Shown piece by piece: positions 61,772 through 64,000 of a stretch of 64,000 nt of DNA. Source of the DNA: Lama guanicoe. Taxonomy: Eukaryota. Under the pieces are notes generated by a model that was not told where the DNA came from, did not search any database, and saw only the letters and a list, made by a program, of their open reading frames with translations. Numbering within the stretch: position 1 is the first letter of the stretch; each line of letters starts with the position of its first letter. The DNA lies in contig MU053934.1 in NCBI GenBank assembly GCA_013239625.1, forward strand, positions 3,366,399-3,430,398, read 5' to 3'. The position numbers and the translations under genes were made by a program.

Positions 61772-62785
61772 GTGGGTGCTCCCAGCCTGTGCTCAGACCT
61801 GCACTGTCAGATGGGGGTCGAGGAACGAGAATACCCAGATCCAGGTGGGAGGGGCAGACTGTCTGCCCTCATCCTGACCCAGCACACACACAGACCCTTT
61901 CTCACCGCCCCCTTCACACAGCTGAGTCCAGGGTGGCTGGGTTTCTGGAAAGGGTGCTTCCCAGCTGATGGGTAGCCAGCCGGCTGTGGAGCCACTCGGT
62001 ACTTAGGGAAGGATGACTTCAGGGAATGCTGGACAGCCTCCCCAGCACAGGCTGCTCAGGCTCTGAGATCACTCCCTGTAGGCCTGGCCTCAGCGCCCCA
62101 CCTGGGTCACTAGTGGAGGGTCTCCCTGTCCCCATCTCACAAGAGTGGTCTCCTTGAGGCCTCGAATGCTGAGGCCCCAAACCTGAATGACAGAGCCTGC
62201 TGCTGGCCACATCTGAGGCTTGGCCCGAAGAGCCCTCCCAGAGGGCAGGAATATGTTTGATGCCCCTTGAGTGAGAGCCCACCCCCTTCACCCATCCCTT
62301 GAGCAGAGCTGCTGAGTGACCCGACTGCTCTTCCCAGGTGACGGGAGGTGACCAGTGTGAGAGCCAGTTCCCTCAGCCTAGTTTGCTGCTGGAGGACTGA
62401 CTATGCCCAGAGCAGGTCCACAGCCGCTCCTTCCCTGGTCTGCCCAGAGCCTAGTGGCTCCTCCTTCCTGAGATCGTAGAGTTAAGCCTTCCATAAGCTG
62501 GCCATGAGCGGGCACTGGGCTCTGCACCTTGCCTGTGTCAGCATGGCGCCCTTATCACGTGACATTGCTGTCATCCCCATTTAGCAGGTGGGGGACTGGG
62601 ACATACAGGGCTGGCCCAGCTAGTGAGCGAGAGGCCAGGCTGTGCCAGGCTGGATAGTGGGCTGTGAGGGTCCTGTAGGCTGAGGTTTCCCAGGAAGTCC
62701 TGGGGAGAAAGCCAGGTTCGGGCTGGCGTCGGGGCTGCAGTGAGCGGGCCATGTCAAAGGCCTCCCCTCCCTCTGTTCCCTGAAG

Positions 62786-62909
62786 TACCTGGGCTCTCGG
62801 ACGTCAGAGAAGGTGAAGAACAAGATCTTGGAGCTCCTCTACAGCTGGACAGTCGGCCTCCCCGAGGAGGTGAAGATTGCCGAGGCCTACCAGATGCTGA
62901 AGAAACAGG
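62786..62909 (+). CDS. GGA1: GGA1 exon 5
   Basis: YLGSRTSEKVKNKILELLYSWTVGLPEEVKIAEAYQMLKKQ(G); AAG| acceptor, G|GTGAG donor. Confidence 0.96.
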
Positions 62910-63339
62910 GTGAGGTGCCAAGGGGTGCGTGCGACCAACACTCCCGCCCCTCCTCCCTGAGCCAGGGCTTCGGAGGCCTCAGGGCCTTCTGGCTGCCAGG
63001 TCTTGGATCTCCCCTTTAATTTCTTCAACTTCTCCAGAACACATATTCATTGGGGCCCCTTTATGGCTCTGCCAGAGGCCAGCTTGGGTGGAGAGGTGGA
63101 TTTGAGTCAGCGTTCTCAGAGGGTGGCCCCCACAGTGTGGCCTCAAAATAGAAGATCCTAAACTCTCCCCAATGCTATTTGACATGGCATTTCAGGAGCA
63201 GGCCCTGACCCCTCGAAGGCTGGTGCCTGCATGCTGGAGAAAGATGGCCCTCCACCTTCCATCCTACCCTTCCTGCCCCTCCAGCATCCCCCCCCCGCCC
63301 CAGCCCCCGTGACAGTCTTACCACCACTGTCCACTCCAG

Positions 63340-63440
63340 GGATTGTGAAGGCTGACCCCAAGCTTCCAGATGATGCCACCTTTCCCCTTCCTCCTCCACG
63401 GCCCAAGAATGTGATCTTTGAAGACGAGGAGAAATCCAAG
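63340..63440 (+). CDS. GGA1: GGA1 exon 6 (gene continues past the window)
   Basis: (G)IVKADPKLPDDATFPLPPPRPKNVIFEDEEKSK; boundaries CAG| and |GTGAG. Confidence 0.96.
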
Positions 63441-64000
63441 GTGAGGTTTTAAGGAGAACCAGGTGAGGACTCCAGGGCCCACTGGGGGTCAGTGCATTCC
63501 GGCCCCCGGCTGCCCTGCCCCAGAGCAGAGGCTCACGCTGAGCTCGGCTGCTGTGGCGGGTACAGGAGCCGTGTGTGCGGCTCCAGCGTGCTGAGTGCTG
63601 CCCACACGGCGCCCTACATCAGTAAACAGGTCCGAGGCTGGTGTCCCAGGGTCACTTTGAGGGCATTTCATAGATGACTGGGAGTTTAGCTATCTTTATG
63701 TTTGTGACCCTTCCAACGATAATTTTATTAGCTTTTTGTGAAAGAAGCATGTGCTGATGGGCCAGAAATTAAAACAACACAGAAGAAGGTGAGAGAAAAA
63801 GTAAAAGCTCCTCTCTACCCAGTCCAGTCCCAGAGGGTAACCACTGTGAAGTTTCCTCTGCATCCTTTGGGTGGAATTCCCTAGCAATACTATTGTCATG
63901 TTTTGCACCATTTGTGGAGAACTGATTTCTGCCGGGCGCTGCAGGGAGCACTTACGTGCAGTGTGTCACTTGTCCCATGAACCCCCATAAGGTGCCAGTA

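Noticed and set aside
1..64000. CRISPR arrays, prokaryotic operons or defence systems, intact endogenous viral genes
   Set aside because: No regularly spaced repeat-spacer structure or dense prokaryotic-style ORFs; everything is consistent with ordinary mammalian euchromatin.

Overview
Mammalian genomic DNA. It is most likely from a camelid (alpaca/llama/camel): this is inferred from about 8 copies of a tRNA-Ala-derived SINE of the Vic-1 type. The gene order matches human 22q13.1. Three protein-coding genes can be reconstructed with GT-AG boundaries and consistent phases. CDC42EP1/Borg5 (+): probable non-coding exon 1 in a CpG island at ~26.3-27.6 kb; CDS join(31338..31800,33113..33735), 361 aa. 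LGALS2/galectin-2 (-): CDS complement(join(34996..35142,35303..35459,36647..36729,37977..37982)), 130 aa. GGA1 (+): first six coding exons, 55332..63440, 176 codons covering the VHS domain; the gene continues beyond the window. The rest is ordinary intergenic or intronic DNA rich in L1, MLT1/MaLR, MIR, L2, hAT fossils and young SINEs. I found no convincing novel biological system, and nearly all ORF-track entries are noise. The most interesting observations are smaller. (1) An intestinal-type TATA/HNF1/CDX2/HNF4 promoter for LGALS2, with an identical HNF4-like 15-mer 6 kb upstream. (2) No canonical poly(A) signal for LGALS2, which lies tail-to-tail with CDC42EP1. (3) A Leu>Gln change in the septin-binding BD3 of CDC42EP1, plus two strong-Kozak uORFs. 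(4) A SINE-head/L1-tail chimeric insertion. (5) A young L1 whose ORF2 C-terminus is open and fused to a flanking ATG. (6) An oriented set of CTCF motifs. Repeat family names and comparisons with human proteins come from my recall, not from database searches.
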